Below are positions 18,282 through 28,973 of a DNA stretch of 64,000 nt, piece after piece (positions within the stretch are counted from its first letter, which is position 1; each line of letters opens with the position of its first letter). Source of the stretch: a virus; IMG/VR virus record IMGVR_UViG_3300047200_000500, positions 105,622 through 169,621 of that record; one strand, 5' to 3'. Made by a program: the position numbers and the translations under genes. The notes beneath the pieces were generated by a model. It was not told the DNA's origin and ran no database searches. It saw nothing but the letters and a program-made list of their open reading frames with translations.

Positions 18282-19010
18282 ATGAAAATATCATCTCTAC
18301 ATGTTTTGTGTGAGGGTTACTCAAGAACATATAAGTTTGGATATGATAATTTTAACATTGATCCAAGACCAAATGTTGTAGCTTTAGGTAGGTGGGTAAA
18401 CCATAAAGGCACTAAGCTTCTTTGTGGAATCAATTTAAATTATCTTTCTGATGATCAAGTATTGGAGCTTCAGAAAAATCTTCAAACAATTCTTGGAGAT
18501 AGAAACCTTAGGCGCAGGGTTAGAAAATTACGTGGATTAATGCCTCAAATATTTGATCGCGCTTATAGAACTTACAATCAAGATCATGTTAAAATTGTTG
18601 CCCCAGGAACTCTTAAATTCTTTAAAGAGCCAAAACCTCAACCTATTAAAGAACCAGTCACTAAGGCTATTGAACCAATAAAAGCTAAAAAAGAATTAAA
18701 GAAGCCAGATGATGTCTCTAAAGATATAAATAAGATCGATAAAGATGAAAGAGGTATTGATTTTGATAAGGAAGAACCAGAACAAGATGATAAAGATATT
18801 CTAAGCAAAGAAAAAAAGGTTGCTTCAAAGGATATTAAACTTCAAAAAGGTGAACCTATTAAACTTGTTGATCCTAGGAAAAAAATTAAAGAACCTATTG
18901 AACCTGATAAAGATGCTAATTTTGGTAATTCAAAACCAGAAATTGTTGAGCCAGAAGATTTAGATTTTGAAGATGGTGAAGAGGATACAGATGAAGGAAT
19001 TCCTAAGTAA
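18282..19010 (+). CDS. T4 gp2-like DNA end protector domain with acidic low-complexity tail
   Basis: DPRP.V.ALG..LCGINLNYL..AYRTY resembles gp2 family GLNLHYL motif. Confidence 0.55.
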   Translation: MKISSLHVLCEGYSRTYKFGYDNFNIDPRPNVVALGRWVNHKGTKLLCGINLNYLSDDQVLELQKNLQTILGDRNLRRRVRKLRGLMPQIFDRAYRTYNQDHVKIVAPGTLKFFKEPKPQPIKEPVTKAIEPIKAKKELKKPDDVSKDINKIDKDERGIDFDKEEPEQDDKDILSKEKKVASKDIKLQKGEPIKLVDPRKKIKEPIEPDKDANFGNSKPEIVEPEDLDFEDGEEDTDEGIPK

Positions 19011-19017
19011 ATAGGAT

Positions 19018-19707
19018 GTGGTTTACGAAAAAGGCAAGATTCCAGATTGTAGTAATGTAGAAGAGTTAAAGTCTTTTTTTAAAGATCATGAAGATTACAC
19101 CACTCTTGAAATAGCTTTAAGATATAAAATCGCTCCAGGAAGTTTAAGATGTTGGAGAGTTAAAGCTGGCCTTAAATCAAAAACAGCCCATTCTGAATTT
19201 TTGAAGTCACATAAACTGCAAAAAAAACTTATCATTGAACATGTACATGATCCATTAATATGGGATAATAAAGAATGGTTTGAAAATGCTTATTCTAAAT
19301 ATGGAATAATAACAATTTCTAAAATAATAGGTAAAACTATTAGGACTGTTCAAAAAAGATTAGCAAAGTATGAAATTAAGACAAAACTCTGGAAAGATTC
19401 TATAAAAAGTAAAAATCCATATAATAATGAAGCCTGGATAGTTGAACAATATTTTACTAATAAAATTGGTGTTGCTAAAATGGCTAAAATAGCTGGTGTT
19501 AGCATATATACCATGTATGATTGGTTAGTAAGTAAAGGAATTTACCCAAGATCAATAAGCAGGGCTGGTGCTATATATAGATGGCGTATGTTAAAAATTA
19601 AAAAGAAACTAAGATTAGAAAAGTACAATAAAGTATATGGAACAAGCTTTCAGAGTTTTAAAGAAGTTGCTGATGCAAGATCCAAGGATAAAGAAGGTAA
19701 AGTCTGA
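19018..19707 (+). CDS. multi-HTH DNA-binding protein
   Basis: three HTH-like units (EIA.RY.I, ISKIIGKT.RTV.K.L, MAKIAGVS..T...WL...GI). Confidence 0.6.
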   Translation: MVYEKGKIPDCSNVEELKSFFKDHEDYTTLEIALRYKIAPGSLRCWRVKAGLKSKTAHSEFLKSHKLQKKLIIEHVHDPLIWDNKEWFENAYSKYGIITISKIIGKTIRTVQKRLAKYEIKTKLWKDSIKSKNPYNNEAWIVEQYFTNKIGVAKMAKIAGVSIYTMYDWLVSKGIYPRSISRAGAIYRWRMLKIKKKLRLEKYNKVYGTSFQSFKEVADARSKDKEGKV

Positions 19708-20845
19708 TTACAATGGTTTCATAGTCTATTGGAATAATCATATTAAAGAAAAAATCCAGATAGCTAGGAGATATTACGGTAAAAAAATAAGATCAAAGAA
19801 AAAGCATTTTTTATTAGTTGTTCCAGAAGTTTGGTGGTGGGATAAATTATCAAATGATAAAATAGTAGCGAGGCATTTTAAATATAACATAAACGAATTA
19901 GAACTTAATAATAGTGATGAATATTTCAATTTATCTAAATGGTCATATCAAGATTTTGAAACATTAAAATTTTATGATAAATTAATGTTCATGCATGGTT
20001 TGCTAGATTTTATAGTCGAACACGGATGGAAACCATTTAAATATCCAGATGAAGTACTAAGAGAGAATTATCAAAATATTTTAAATGAAGGAACTAACAG
20101 TCATAGAAGAAGAAATGGTTACAGATTGGCGAAGTATTTTTTTAAAAATAAGGATCGTCCAGGTGATTTAATTCTTGAACATTTTATGCCAAATGGTCAC
20201 TATAATTTAAGTAATAATAAATTTATTTATAATTTTAAACATAAAAATACCATCTGCAGATGGTATAAAGCAATAAGAAGAATAATACGTAAAAATAAAT
20301 GGTTTAAAAAAGAAGAAATTAATAAAACAATAGATTTTGACTATAAAACATTAATAAAAGCAATAAAGGTTTCTGATAGGCGTCAAAAATTCTTTAAATC
20401 TTTTAAGTTCAGGCCAATAGCTTTATATAGAGTAATAATAAAAGATCTTGGATTATCTGGTAAAACATTTTTTGATTTTGAGCCTAGATATGGAGAAAAA
20501 TTTTTAGCGGCGGTAGTAGAAGAATGTCCATATTATTTTAGACCAACCTGCCCGTTTGATACTTATTATAAAGATGTTGCCAAATTTATAGAATATGATG
20601 ATATAAGTGAAGAAGATAAATCAATAAGATATGATTTTTCAATAATTGATTTTGATTTTAAATTTAATAAATCAGTTTTTGATTATTATATGAAAAATTA
20701 TTTCAATAAAATTGATGTTAACGTAATATTTGTTAGTAATCCTTATGTTGAAGAAATTATGAAAAAATATCCACCAACAAAAAAGATTCCAATGAGGATA
20801 TGTCATTTTGAACCTTTAAATGGATATTTTTTCATATATAATTAA
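19637..20845 (+). CDS. degenerate DNA-methyltransferase-like protein
   Basis: FRP..Y....FFDFEPRYGEKFLAA resembles FRP..A..IY..VLDPxAGWGGRLLGA; no SPPY/DPPY. Confidence 0.45.
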   Translation: MEQAFRVLKKLLMQDPRIKKVKSDYNGFIVYWNNHIKEKIQIARRYYGKKIRSKKKHFLLVVPEVWWWDKLSNDKIVARHFKYNINELELNNSDEYFNLSKWSYQDFETLKFYDKLMFMHGLLDFIVEHGWKPFKYPDEVLRENYQNILNEGTNSHRRRNGYRLAKYFFKNKDRPGDLILEHFMPNGHYNLSNNKFIYNFKHKNTICRWYKAIRRIIRKNKWFKKEEINKTIDFDYKTLIKAIKVSDRRQKFFKSFKFRPIALYRVIIKDLGLSGKTFFDFEPRYGEKFLAAVVEECPYYFRPTCPFDTYYKDVAKFIEYDDISEEDKSIRYDFSIIDFDFKFNKSVFDYYMKNYFNKIDVNVIFVSNPYVEEIMKKYPPTKKIPMRICHFEPLNGYFFIYN

Positions 20846-20910
20846 CCAAATATGACTTTCCGTGAATGGATTGCCTATTACACGTCATGATTTGTGTTCA
20901 AATTTAATAT

Positions 20911-21150
20911 ATGAGCTTCAATGACATAACCATAATTAGAACTTTACCAATAGTTGGTAAATTTGTTAAAGTAGCTGATGATAACAATAATCTTCCTAAA
21001 GTACATCCATCTGAAGTACCCTATCCTGTTTTAGAGGCTAGTCCGACTTCAAAAATGGAATTCATTGAATTTCCAGCTGTTACTGCTGATAGTCAGACGA
21101 ATGTTGATTATCAAAAGGTTGTTAAAGATATTGCATTAGCTAAACTGTAA
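20911..21150 (+). CDS. small hypothetical (late) protein
   Basis: 79 aa, CAAATTTA upstream. Confidence 0.55.
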   Translation: MSFNDITIIRTLPIVGKFVKVADDNNNLPKVHPSEVPYPVLEASPTSKMEFIEFPAVTADSQTNVDYQKVVKDIALAKL

Positions 21151-21191
21151 ATTAATTACTGGAGTAACTGGTTTGTGATCAAAAATATTAT

Positions 21192-22112
21192 ATGATTGAT
21201 TGGAACATAGTAAAAAAATTACATGTTGAATACAATAATAAACAAATAGCTGAAAAATTAAATATTTCAATTGGATCAGTACAAAGAATAATGAGAAATA
21301 TTAATGAAGGTAAAGTAAGAAATAAGATTAATAATCCTGAACCAATATTTAAAAGATTGCATTTATCGGAAAATGAATATATTAAATTATTAAATAAATT
21401 ATATTGGTCAGATAATCTCTCTCAAAGGAAAATAGCCGCTGTTTTTAATGTTCACCAAAGGACCATTGAGATTAGTTTTAAAAAATATAATATTAGAACT
21501 AGATCTTTGTCAGAAGCATCAAAATGGGAACAAAAGTCTTGTAATTTAACACCCGATCAAATAGAAATTATTGATGGGTTAATGCTTGGTGATGGCCATT
21601 TAGATAAATCAAATGTTTCAGCTAGAATTCAATATGTCTGTAAGTTTAAAAAAATCTTAATTGATATTACTAAAGAATTCAGTCAATTACATTTTAGTGA
21701 GCCATGGGGTACTAAAATTTCTAATGAATCATGGAGAACTAAAAATAAATGCTGGTTTATAAAATCATCATTTTATAATGATTTGTTAGTTCATAGAAAT
21801 AGATGGTATAAAGATATTAAAATAATACCAAATGATGTCATGTTAACTGCAAAATCATTTTATTGGTGGTTCATTGGTGATGGATATATTAAAAATAAAT
21901 GTGTAGAGCTTTGTACTGATAATTTTAAACATGTCCATCTTGAAAAATTGCAATTAAAATTAAATAATTTAGGCTATAAATCGTCAATTACTACTAGAAA
22001 AAGATTAAAGTTTAATCGTGATTCTAGTAGTAGATTTATTAATAATATTGAAAATAATAATAATATTGCACAAGAATATCAATATAAATTTAACAAATTT
22101 CACGAGGTGTAA
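21192..22112 (+). CDS. LAGLIDADG homing endonuclease with N-terminal HTH domains
   Basis: IIDGLMLGDGHL and WWFIGDG motifs, LCTDNF. Confidence 0.85.
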   Translation: MIDWNIVKKLHVEYNNKQIAEKLNISIGSVQRIMRNINEGKVRNKINNPEPIFKRLHLSENEYIKLLNKLYWSDNLSQRKIAAVFNVHQRTIEISFKKYNIRTRSLSEASKWEQKSCNLTPDQIEIIDGLMLGDGHLDKSNVSARIQYVCKFKKILIDITKEFSQLHFSEPWGTKISNESWRTKNKCWFIKSSFYNDLLVHRNRWYKDIKIIPNDVMLTAKSFYWWFIGDGYIKNKCVELCTDNFKHVHLEKLQLKLNNLGYKSSITTRKRLKFNRDSSSRFINNIENNNNIAQEYQYKFNKFHEV

Positions 22113-22118
22113 TATAAC

Positions 22119-23174
22119 ATGAAAAAAATTTCCTTAATAAGTGGCTGTACAGGACAAGATGGCTCATATTTAATTGATCATTTATTAAGTTTAGGATATG
22201 TTGTGCATGGTATTATTAGAAGATCATCTTCTTTTAATACGAGTAAAATAGATCATATAATAAATTCAAAAGCACATGGCTCAACATTTTTTATGCATCA
22301 TGGTGATTTAACTGATTCTAATAATATCAATAAATTGGTTTCTGAAATAAAACCAAATGAATTTTATAATTTAGGAGCTATGAGCCATGTTAAAGTTTCA
22401 TTTGAGGTTCCAGAATACACTGCAAATGTTGATGCGCTAGGACCAATGCGTGTTGTTGAAGCTGTTAGAATGTTTTCACCAGAAACTAAGGTTTACAATG
22501 CGGCTACAAGTGAAATGTTTGGTGGTCAAATTGATGAAATGCCAAAAAATGGATTTGATGAAGAATGCAAATTTCATCCTAGATCGCCATATGGTGTTGC
22601 CAAATTGTATGGACATTGGATATGCAGGAACTATAAAGAGGCATACAATTTGTTTGTTTGTAATGGTATATTATTTAATCATTCTTCACCTCGTAGAGGG
22701 GAAACTTTTTTAACTAGAAAAGTTACTTTATGGTGCAGTAATAATTTCCATAATTTAAAAAATAATCTTGAAGTTAGGCCATTAGAAATAGGCAATTTAA
22801 ATGCAATGCGTGATGAAGGTCATGCAAAAGATTACGTAAAAGCAATGCACATGATGTTACAATGTGATAAACCAAATGATTATGTTGTTTCTATGGGTGA
22901 AACTCATTCAGTTAGGGAATGGATTGAAAAATGTTTTAAATATATGGGTCTTAATTTAAGATGGGAAGGAAATGGTATAAAAGAAATAGGGTTAGTCAAT
23001 GATAAAATCGCGGTTGTTGTTAATCCAAAATATTTTAGACCGTCAGAAGTTGATATTCTACTTGGTAATTCTAGTAAAATAAGATCTGAACTTAAATGGA
23101 AACCAACATTTTCATTTGATGATTTGGTAAATGATATGATGGAACATGATATAAGTAATTATAATAAAATTTAA
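22119..23174 (+). CDS. gmd: GDP-mannose 4,6-dehydratase
   Basis: GCTGQDGSYL, HGIIRRSSSFNT, AMSHVKVSF, PRSPYGVAKLY, NGILFNHSSPRRGETF, RPSEVD. Confidence 0.95.
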   Translation: MKKISLISGCTGQDGSYLIDHLLSLGYVVHGIIRRSSSFNTSKIDHIINSKAHGSTFFMHHGDLTDSNNINKLVSEIKPNEFYNLGAMSHVKVSFEVPEYTANVDALGPMRVVEAVRMFSPETKVYNAATSEMFGGQIDEMPKNGFDEECKFHPRSPYGVAKLYGHWICRNYKEAYNLFVCNGILFNHSSPRRGETFLTRKVTLWCSNNFHNLKNNLEVRPLEIGNLNAMRDEGHAKDYVKAMHMMLQCDKPNDYVVSMGETHSVREWIEKCFKYMGLNLRWEGNGIKEIGLVNDKIAVVVNPKYFRPSEVDILLGNSSKIRSELKWKPTFSFDDLVNDMMEHDISNYNKI

Positions 23175-23177
23175 TTT

Positions 23178-23417
23178 ATGGAGGCAACAGATTTTTTAAC
23201 AGAATTATTTGCCAAACGCGGAATACCTAGCGTTGGTGGTTTAAGCTACCAATTTATTAACAGTTCAGATATTAATAATATAACAATGTCTTTTCATGCT
23301 ATAGATCCGTTAACATGTAGGTCAGAACATTTTTATGATACTAGGAACAACATATTGTTCAGAAAAAAGTTGTTATCAAAAAATCATGCAGTGTGGGAAC
23401 AAATATTTTTGGTTTAA
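23178..23417 (+). CDS. hypothetical protein
   Basis: 79-aa ORF in run. Confidence 0.5.
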   Translation: MEATDFLTELFAKRGIPSVGGLSYQFINSSDINNITMSFHAIDPLTCRSEHFYDTRNNILFRKKLLSKNHAVWEQIFLV

Positions 23418-23444
23418 CTCAAATATATCAAGAGGTAATAAAGA

Positions 23445-26138
23445 ATGACCATACAAATAGGCGTACCCAATAAGAGTGATCTTGTTGATCGCGAATATAT
23501 CGAGATACCTGGTGCTGATGGTAATACTCACGCTTTCCAATATGATAAGGAAACAAATACTTTATTTCAAAAAGAATCTCAAATAATAATTCCATCATTC
23601 CATGGTTTAACTCACGTCTCAGAAGACCCAATACCAGAGGCTACTCCTTGGCTTCGTGGTTTATTATCTGCTACTGATAAAGCAAAACTTGATGCACTGA
23701 CCCAGACTAGACTTGGTGTTCTTGGATTCATGGGTGCTGGTATGCCAGATGATGGTGGTTGGATGCAGGGCGATATTATACTTGCTGCAGGCAGTGAATT
23801 CATAAGTCTTGAGAGAGTTGGCAATATAATTCGTTTCACAGTTGATACCCCTGTACCACTTTCTTGTGGCTGTGAAGAATGTGCCCAGATATATTGGATT
23901 CAAGATGAATCTGATCTCAGATCAGTAAGACCGCCAAGTTGTAATGGTATAATGCCAGGTGTTAATTCATATGGTGAATTGAAGATTTATGCGTACCCGG
24001 CAAATCAATTGTTTAATGCCAATAATCCAAATGCCTATTTTAACCAAAAGAACACTTATCCAACCCTTCAATTTGTTCGGTATGCCAATGGCAATATTCA
24101 AAATTTAGCGCAGCTTAATCTTGTACTTCGTCGCAGAGGTGATGGTACAACTAATGTTGGATGGTCAATGACACCTGGACCAGCTGAGGTACCAGAATGT
24201 GTTTGGTATATGGGATCTGATTCTGGCGGTCGCCAGATAACATTTGAATTATCCCCATCTAGTGATCCTGGATTACTCGGTGCATTGTTATATAATGGCC
24301 ATAGTATCACTAAGCAAATGGCCATAGTTACAGGATATACAAAGACTATTTTGTCAACCAACCAATATAATGTTAAATTGTGGTCAGTTCCAAATACTAA
24401 GCCAATTGGTAATGACTTTGTTGCCACTAATATATGGCAATATAATTCTGGTACAACTGGACAAACATTAGTAACTGACGCTACGATCCAGCTTCTTGAA
24501 ATTGGTGAATTGGTTGATTTGTGGCAGTTTGAAATTTCGAGAGTTAATAATGTGCGCAAATATTTATATTACTTTAAACAACGCCCAAGATTAAGTCCTG
24601 CTAATCTTTGGTCATTTTCAAATGCTATTAAATTTGGTGAATTGTATGAACAAAGAGATGACATTAACGAAAAGACACATACTGGAACTGGTACAGAATT
24701 AACAGCACACATTGATCATGTTAGTGATATACGTGTTTATGAGAGAACTCAATGGGGTATAACTGGATTTGAAGATCCGTTATATTTAGCTAATGATGGG
24801 TTCATTGATTTCCATAAATCATACGAGCCAAGTGGAGCAATCGTCAATGGCAGATATCAAGCTGTCATAGATTATAGCATACCTGGTCTTAAAATTGAAA
24901 AAATCATTAATGACACTCGTGGTGACATAAATCACGATGGTAAAATAGATGACGCTGATCTTGCTTTATTAATGGCGTCAATGAACACTGTTTCAACTGA
25001 CCCAAATTACAACCCAGATGCTGATTTTAATAAAGATGATGCCGTGGATGTTCGTGATCTTGGAATATTTGGAACCAACTATAATATTTATGCTAAAGAA
25101 TACAGTGATCAACCAATATTTATTTGGCATCGTGGTAATCATAAAAATATTTTAATGAAGGCCAAGATTGGCAGACCAACAACAAGTGGTTTCCCGCCCA
25201 TAGATATATTATTTGGAGCACCAATTGATAATGTTGATGATGTTTATATTAATGTAGTTAAGCGCGGTACATTTAGCACTGGTGTTTTTGCTAATTTACC
25301 ATATATAATAATTAATAGTCAGGAATTTAGATCTGTTCCGCAATCTGGAACACTAAGAGTATTAACAGGTGTGTACAGAGACATATTGTGGAAATATAGT
25401 CATAAAATATTTGATGGTAGTCAATTAATATTAATAGGTGTTGATACTATGTTCCCTTATGATGAAGATTATCTCACTGGAACTAATGTTAGTGTTGGGA
25501 CATCGCCAACAGTAGAAACGTCAACAAATGCTGTGATTTGTCAATTATTACATGCAGATTATTCAACATCTGCCATGAGACTTGAATTCAGTGTCAATTC
25601 AACTATTGGATCACAGTCTGTACAATTGCAAATTAGTGCTGGTCTTCTCAGCATGAAGACACCATATAATCTTGATAGACTTGCCCTTGATGGTAAACCA
25701 TACCATTATGATGATTTTGTACGTGGATACGCCCCTGGTCAATTTGCAGTAAGTCAGATCTATACTCAAATCGGATTCATAAGTGATGGGATAGGTGCCA
25801 ACACTAGTTCAGACGTTGAAGGGTTTAAAGTTTATGATGGTGGCCTGTTACCGGCAACTGTTAATGGCATGACTGAAAAATGGAATGATTTAGTAATAAT
25901 GGTTCGTGATAATCAACTTTGGATTTGGTGGAATGGATTGCTGATGTCACCAGATAAAGATCTGTCTAGTAAATTGCCAACTCCTGTTGCAGTTAGTACT
26001 CCTTACTGGCCGGTCAATCCGTTACAGATTGGTAAAGTTGGATTCAGATTGTGGCCTGGGGCATCGTTAAGAGATATTGAAGTGAGAGATCAATTATCGC
26101 ACTTCAACGAGTTCACCTATGGTCAACTGAGCATGTGA
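23445..26138 (+). CDS. tail-fibre/structural protein with internal type I dockerin-like domain
   Basis: GLLSATDKAKLD fibre motif; GDINHDGKIDDADL...DADFNKDDAVDVRDL duplicated EF-hand; C-terminal beta-sandwich. Confidence 0.7.
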   Translation: MTIQIGVPNKSDLVDREYIEIPGADGNTHAFQYDKETNTLFQKESQIIIPSFHGLTHVSEDPIPEATPWLRGLLSATDKAKLDALTQTRLGVLGFMGAGMPDDGGWMQGDIILAAGSEFISLERVGNIIRFTVDTPVPLSCGCEECAQIYWIQDESDLRSVRPPSCNGIMPGVNSYGELKIYAYPANQLFNANNPNAYFNQKNTYPTLQFVRYANGNIQNLAQLNLVLRRRGDGTTNVGWSMTPGPAEVPECVWYMGSDSGGRQITFELSPSSDPGLLGALLYNGHSITKQMAIVTGYTKTILSTNQYNVKLWSVPNTKPIGNDFVATNIWQYNSGTTGQTLVTDATIQLLEIGELVDLWQFEISRVNNVRKYLYYFKQRPRLSPANLWSFSNAIKFGELYEQRDDINEKTHTGTGTELTAHIDHVSDIRVYERTQWGITGFEDPLYLANDGFIDFHKSYEPSGAIVNGRYQAVIDYSIPGLKIEKIINDTRGDINHDGKIDDADLALLMASMNTVSTDPNYNPDADFNKDDAVDVRDLGIFGTNYNIYAKEYSDQPIFIWHRGNHKNILMKAKIGRPTTSGFPPIDILFGAPIDNVDDVYINVVKRGTFSTGVFANLPYIIINSQEFRSVPQSGTLRVLTGVYRDILWKYSHKIFDGSQLILIGVDTMFPYDEDYLTGTNVSVGTSPTVETSTNAVICQLLHADYSTSAMRLEFSVNSTIGSQSVQLQISAGLLSMKTPYNLDRLALDGKPYHYDDFVRGYAPGQFAVSQIYTQIGFISDGIGANTSSDVEGFKVYDGGLLPATVNGMTEKWNDLVIMVRDNQLWIWWNGLLMSPDKDLSSKLPTPVAVSTPYWPVNPLQIGKVGFRLWPGASLRDIEVRDQLSHFNEFTYGQLSM

Positions 26139-26172
26139 AATTTTGCTGTAATCGTTACTCGTACCTAGAAAT

Positions 26173-27399
26173 ATGAGTGACGATTACAGCAAAATAGGAA
26201 TTAATGTTGACAATTATAAGGGTGGTCTATCATTTGAAGATTATCATTCAATTCCACCAATGTTTTTCACTAAACATCTTCAAGAAGTGCCATTCATAAA
26301 CAGGTATAATGGTGGGTCAGCTTTTCTTATTGCTAGTGGTCCCAGTTTTAATGATTTAGATAAAACATTATTATATGAACCTGGAATATTAACAATGGGA
26401 TTAAATAATAGCCCATCTGTGTTTAGGCCAAATTTATGGACGTGTGTTGATGATCCAGCCAGTTTTTTACAATCAGTGTGGATGGACCCAAGAATTGAAA
26501 AAATAGTTCCAATATCTCACATTCACAAAAAATTATCTGATAGTACTGGTGATAAAATTACTGAAATAAAAATTGAGGTTGGTGATTGTCCAAATGTGTT
26601 TTATTATAGAAGAAATGAAGTTGTTAATACATCAAATTATTTGTTTGAAGATAAAATAAATTGGGGAAATCATTCCAAAGTTGGTGGTGGTAGATCAGTA
26701 TTTTTAGCTGCAACTAGAATTCTTTATCTTTTAGGAATTAGAAATCTGTTTTTATTGGGTGTTGATTTTTATATGGATAAGTCTAAAGAATCTAAAGATG
26801 GAACAGGAGGAAATTATAGTTTTCCACAACCAAGATCTGTTGGAAGTATTAATGGCAATAATTCAACTTATGCTAGTATGATGAAATGGTTTGGTAAAAT
26901 GAGAAAAATTTTTGATGAAGTTGGATTTAAGGTTTATAATTGTAATCCTAAAAGCAGATTAAATGTGTTTCCTATGATAGAATTTACTGAGGCTATCGAC
27001 CTATCCTTGAAAAATTTTCCAAGAGTAAAATCTGAAAAAACACTTGGGATGTATACCAGAAAGGCTGATGTTGAAAAAGAAGCAAAAGTTATTGAGGCCA
27101 AGAAAATAGCGTCTCAATACAATGAAGATGATAAAACAAAAATTAAAACATTGTTAGATGCAAGAAGGAAAGATTTAACAGATGCAAAAACTAGAACAAA
27201 AGAGGCATTAAGAAAAGTTCATCCAGAGATAATTACAGATGAAGATGTGTTAAAATTTACAAAATCATGGTCTTCAAATAAACCAACTGATCCAAAATAT
27301 ATGGAGTCTTATAATTTTAAAATGGAAGAAGAAAGAGTTAGAAAAATTTTTAAAGATGTAGAAATAGAAAAGAATAAAGTATGGGGAATAGTTAAATGA
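26173..27399 (+). CDS. Maf/DUF115/GT42-like glycosyltransferase
   Basis: FLIASGPSF, MGLNN, PNLWTCVD, SV..A..ILYLLG.R.L.LLGVDF, VYNCNP.S.L. Confidence 0.65.
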   Translation: MSDDYSKIGINVDNYKGGLSFEDYHSIPPMFFTKHLQEVPFINRYNGGSAFLIASGPSFNDLDKTLLYEPGILTMGLNNSPSVFRPNLWTCVDDPASFLQSVWMDPRIEKIVPISHIHKKLSDSTGDKITEIKIEVGDCPNVFYYRRNEVVNTSNYLFEDKINWGNHSKVGGGRSVFLAATRILYLLGIRNLFLLGVDFYMDKSKESKDGTGGNYSFPQPRSVGSINGNNSTYASMMKWFGKMRKIFDEVGFKVYNCNPKSRLNVFPMIEFTEAIDLSLKNFPRVKSEKTLGMYTRKADVEKEAKVIEAKKIASQYNEDDKTKIKTLLDARRKDLTDAKTRTKEALRKVHPEIITDEDVLKFTKSWSSNKPTDPKYMESYNFKMEEERVRKIFKDVEIEKNKVWGIVK

Positions 27400-28058
27400 C
27401 TTGTGTAATTATTGGGGGAGGATCGTTTGCTTGTGAATTATTGTGTTATTTGAAATTAATGATTAAAAATCATAATTCTTTTCATGTAATATCAGAAAAT
27501 CATCTTGATGTTGATGTTGATGATCGCAACTATCAAAAACATGATAATGTCAATAAATTTATAGAAAATATGCAGTTTAATTCTGCGTTTATTGAAGTTT
27601 ATTTAGGGTCTGGAAAACCAAATATTAAAAAAAGAATGCTTGATGAAATTTCAAAACATTTTGGTCCAAATATGCAATTGGGGCCACCTATTGCAATGGA
27701 TAATTCAACTATTTTATCAAAAGAAATCGGTCTTGGTACAATTATAGCATCAAATGCTGTTATAGCTCCAATGTCAAAAATTGGATCAAATGTTTTAGTT
27801 AATTATGGGGCCAGTATTGGCCACCACTGTTATATAAAAGATTTTGTTTGTATCGGACCAAATGTATCAATTGGTGGTGCATGTACAATTAAAGAAGGCG
27901 CTTATATTGGATCCGGAGCATGTGTAAGAGAAAAAATTGTAATAGGTGAAAATTCAATTGTTGGCATGGGTGCAGTAGTAACATCTAATGTTCCAGACAA
28001 TACAACAGTTATTGGTATTCCGGCAAAACCAACTGTCATTAAAGGAGGATGGAGATGA
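27396..28058 (+). CDS. sugar N/O-acetyltransferase, NeuD/PglD/PerB family
   Basis: IIGGG..A.E Rossmann N-domain, hexapeptide repeats, NYGASIGHH, GMGAVVTSNVP...IGIPAK. Confidence 0.85.
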   Translation: MTCVIIGGGSFACELLCYLKLMIKNHNSFHVISENHLDVDVDDRNYQKHDNVNKFIENMQFNSAFIEVYLGSGKPNIKKRMLDEISKHFGPNMQLGPPIAMDNSTILSKEIGLGTIIASNAVIAPMSKIGSNVLVNYGASIGHHCYIKDFVCIGPNVSIGGACTIKEGAYIGSGACVREKIVIGENSIVGMGAVVTSNVPDNTTVIGIPAKPTVIKGGWR

Positions 28059-28951
28059 ATTTAGAATTAGTCGAAAAATCAAAAAATATAATTAATAAGG
28101 TCATAGATCATTACAAATGGCCAGCCAATAAAACAATATTGATTGAAGGACTTAGAAATTTTGGTGATTGTCTACATGTTAGTATGGTTGTTAATCATTA
28201 TAGAAAAATCTATCCAGAACATCATATAATCTGGGCTGTTAGCGAAAGATATTTTGAACAATTCGAATCTTTTACGGCATATGTCCCATGTGTAATTTTT
28301 CCACTTCCTCATGGTCTTGAGCCAGAAGATAGACAAGAATTAAAAAAATGGTCAGTTGGACTAGGATTATTTAAAACTGTTTTTCCATGTGTTGCTGTAA
28401 GCGGGTGGACACAAAGTGGCAGTATCGTTGATAATGTATTATTCAACGCTGGGATTAAAGAACTGAAAGTTCCAAGAAATCCAGTGTTTCCACATGAAAT
28501 TGCTGATTATCAATGGCATGATCAGTTTATCACAAATAATAAACTTCTTAATAGACCATATATAGCACTTGAATATAATAGCTACACATTGTCTAAACCT
28601 CCCCATAATGCAACTTGGTCAACTGATACATATAATGAAATGTTATCAAAATTTAGTGTTCCAGTTATTTATATGGGATCAAATTCAGACCCAAAATTGA
28701 GTTATGGGTTTGACGCACGTGGATGCACATGGAAACAAGCTAAAGTTATAATTCAAAGAGCCAGATTAATGGTCGGATGTGGAAGTGGATTATCTGTACT
28801 GTCAGCATGTAGCGATATAAAGACCCCATTATTAGAAATCAATATTGGCGACACCCTAACCATGAGAAATTGCTATGGCAGACAAAACGCGCAGTCAATA
28901 CATACGCAAGGATACGAGCAGGCCGCTAAAAAAATCAATGAATATTTCTGA
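28055..28951 (+). CDS. GT-B glycosyltransferase (GT9 heptosyltransferase-like)
   Basis: R.FGD.L......YR..YP...I.W; A..MVG..SG...L.A; ATGA-coupled start. Confidence 0.7.
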   Translation: MNLELVEKSKNIINKVIDHYKWPANKTILIEGLRNFGDCLHVSMVVNHYRKIYPEHHIIWAVSERYFEQFESFTAYVPCVIFPLPHGLEPEDRQELKKWSVGLGLFKTVFPCVAVSGWTQSGSIVDNVLFNAGIKELKVPRNPVFPHEIADYQWHDQFITNNKLLNRPYIALEYNSYTLSKPPHNATWSTDTYNEMLSKFSVPVIYMGSNSDPKLSYGFDARGCTWKQAKVIIQRARLMVGCGSGLSVLSACSDIKTPLLEINIGDTLTMRNCYGRQNAQSIHTQGYEQAAKKINEYF

Positions 28952-28973
28952 AAAAGTAAAAGAAGAAATTAAA

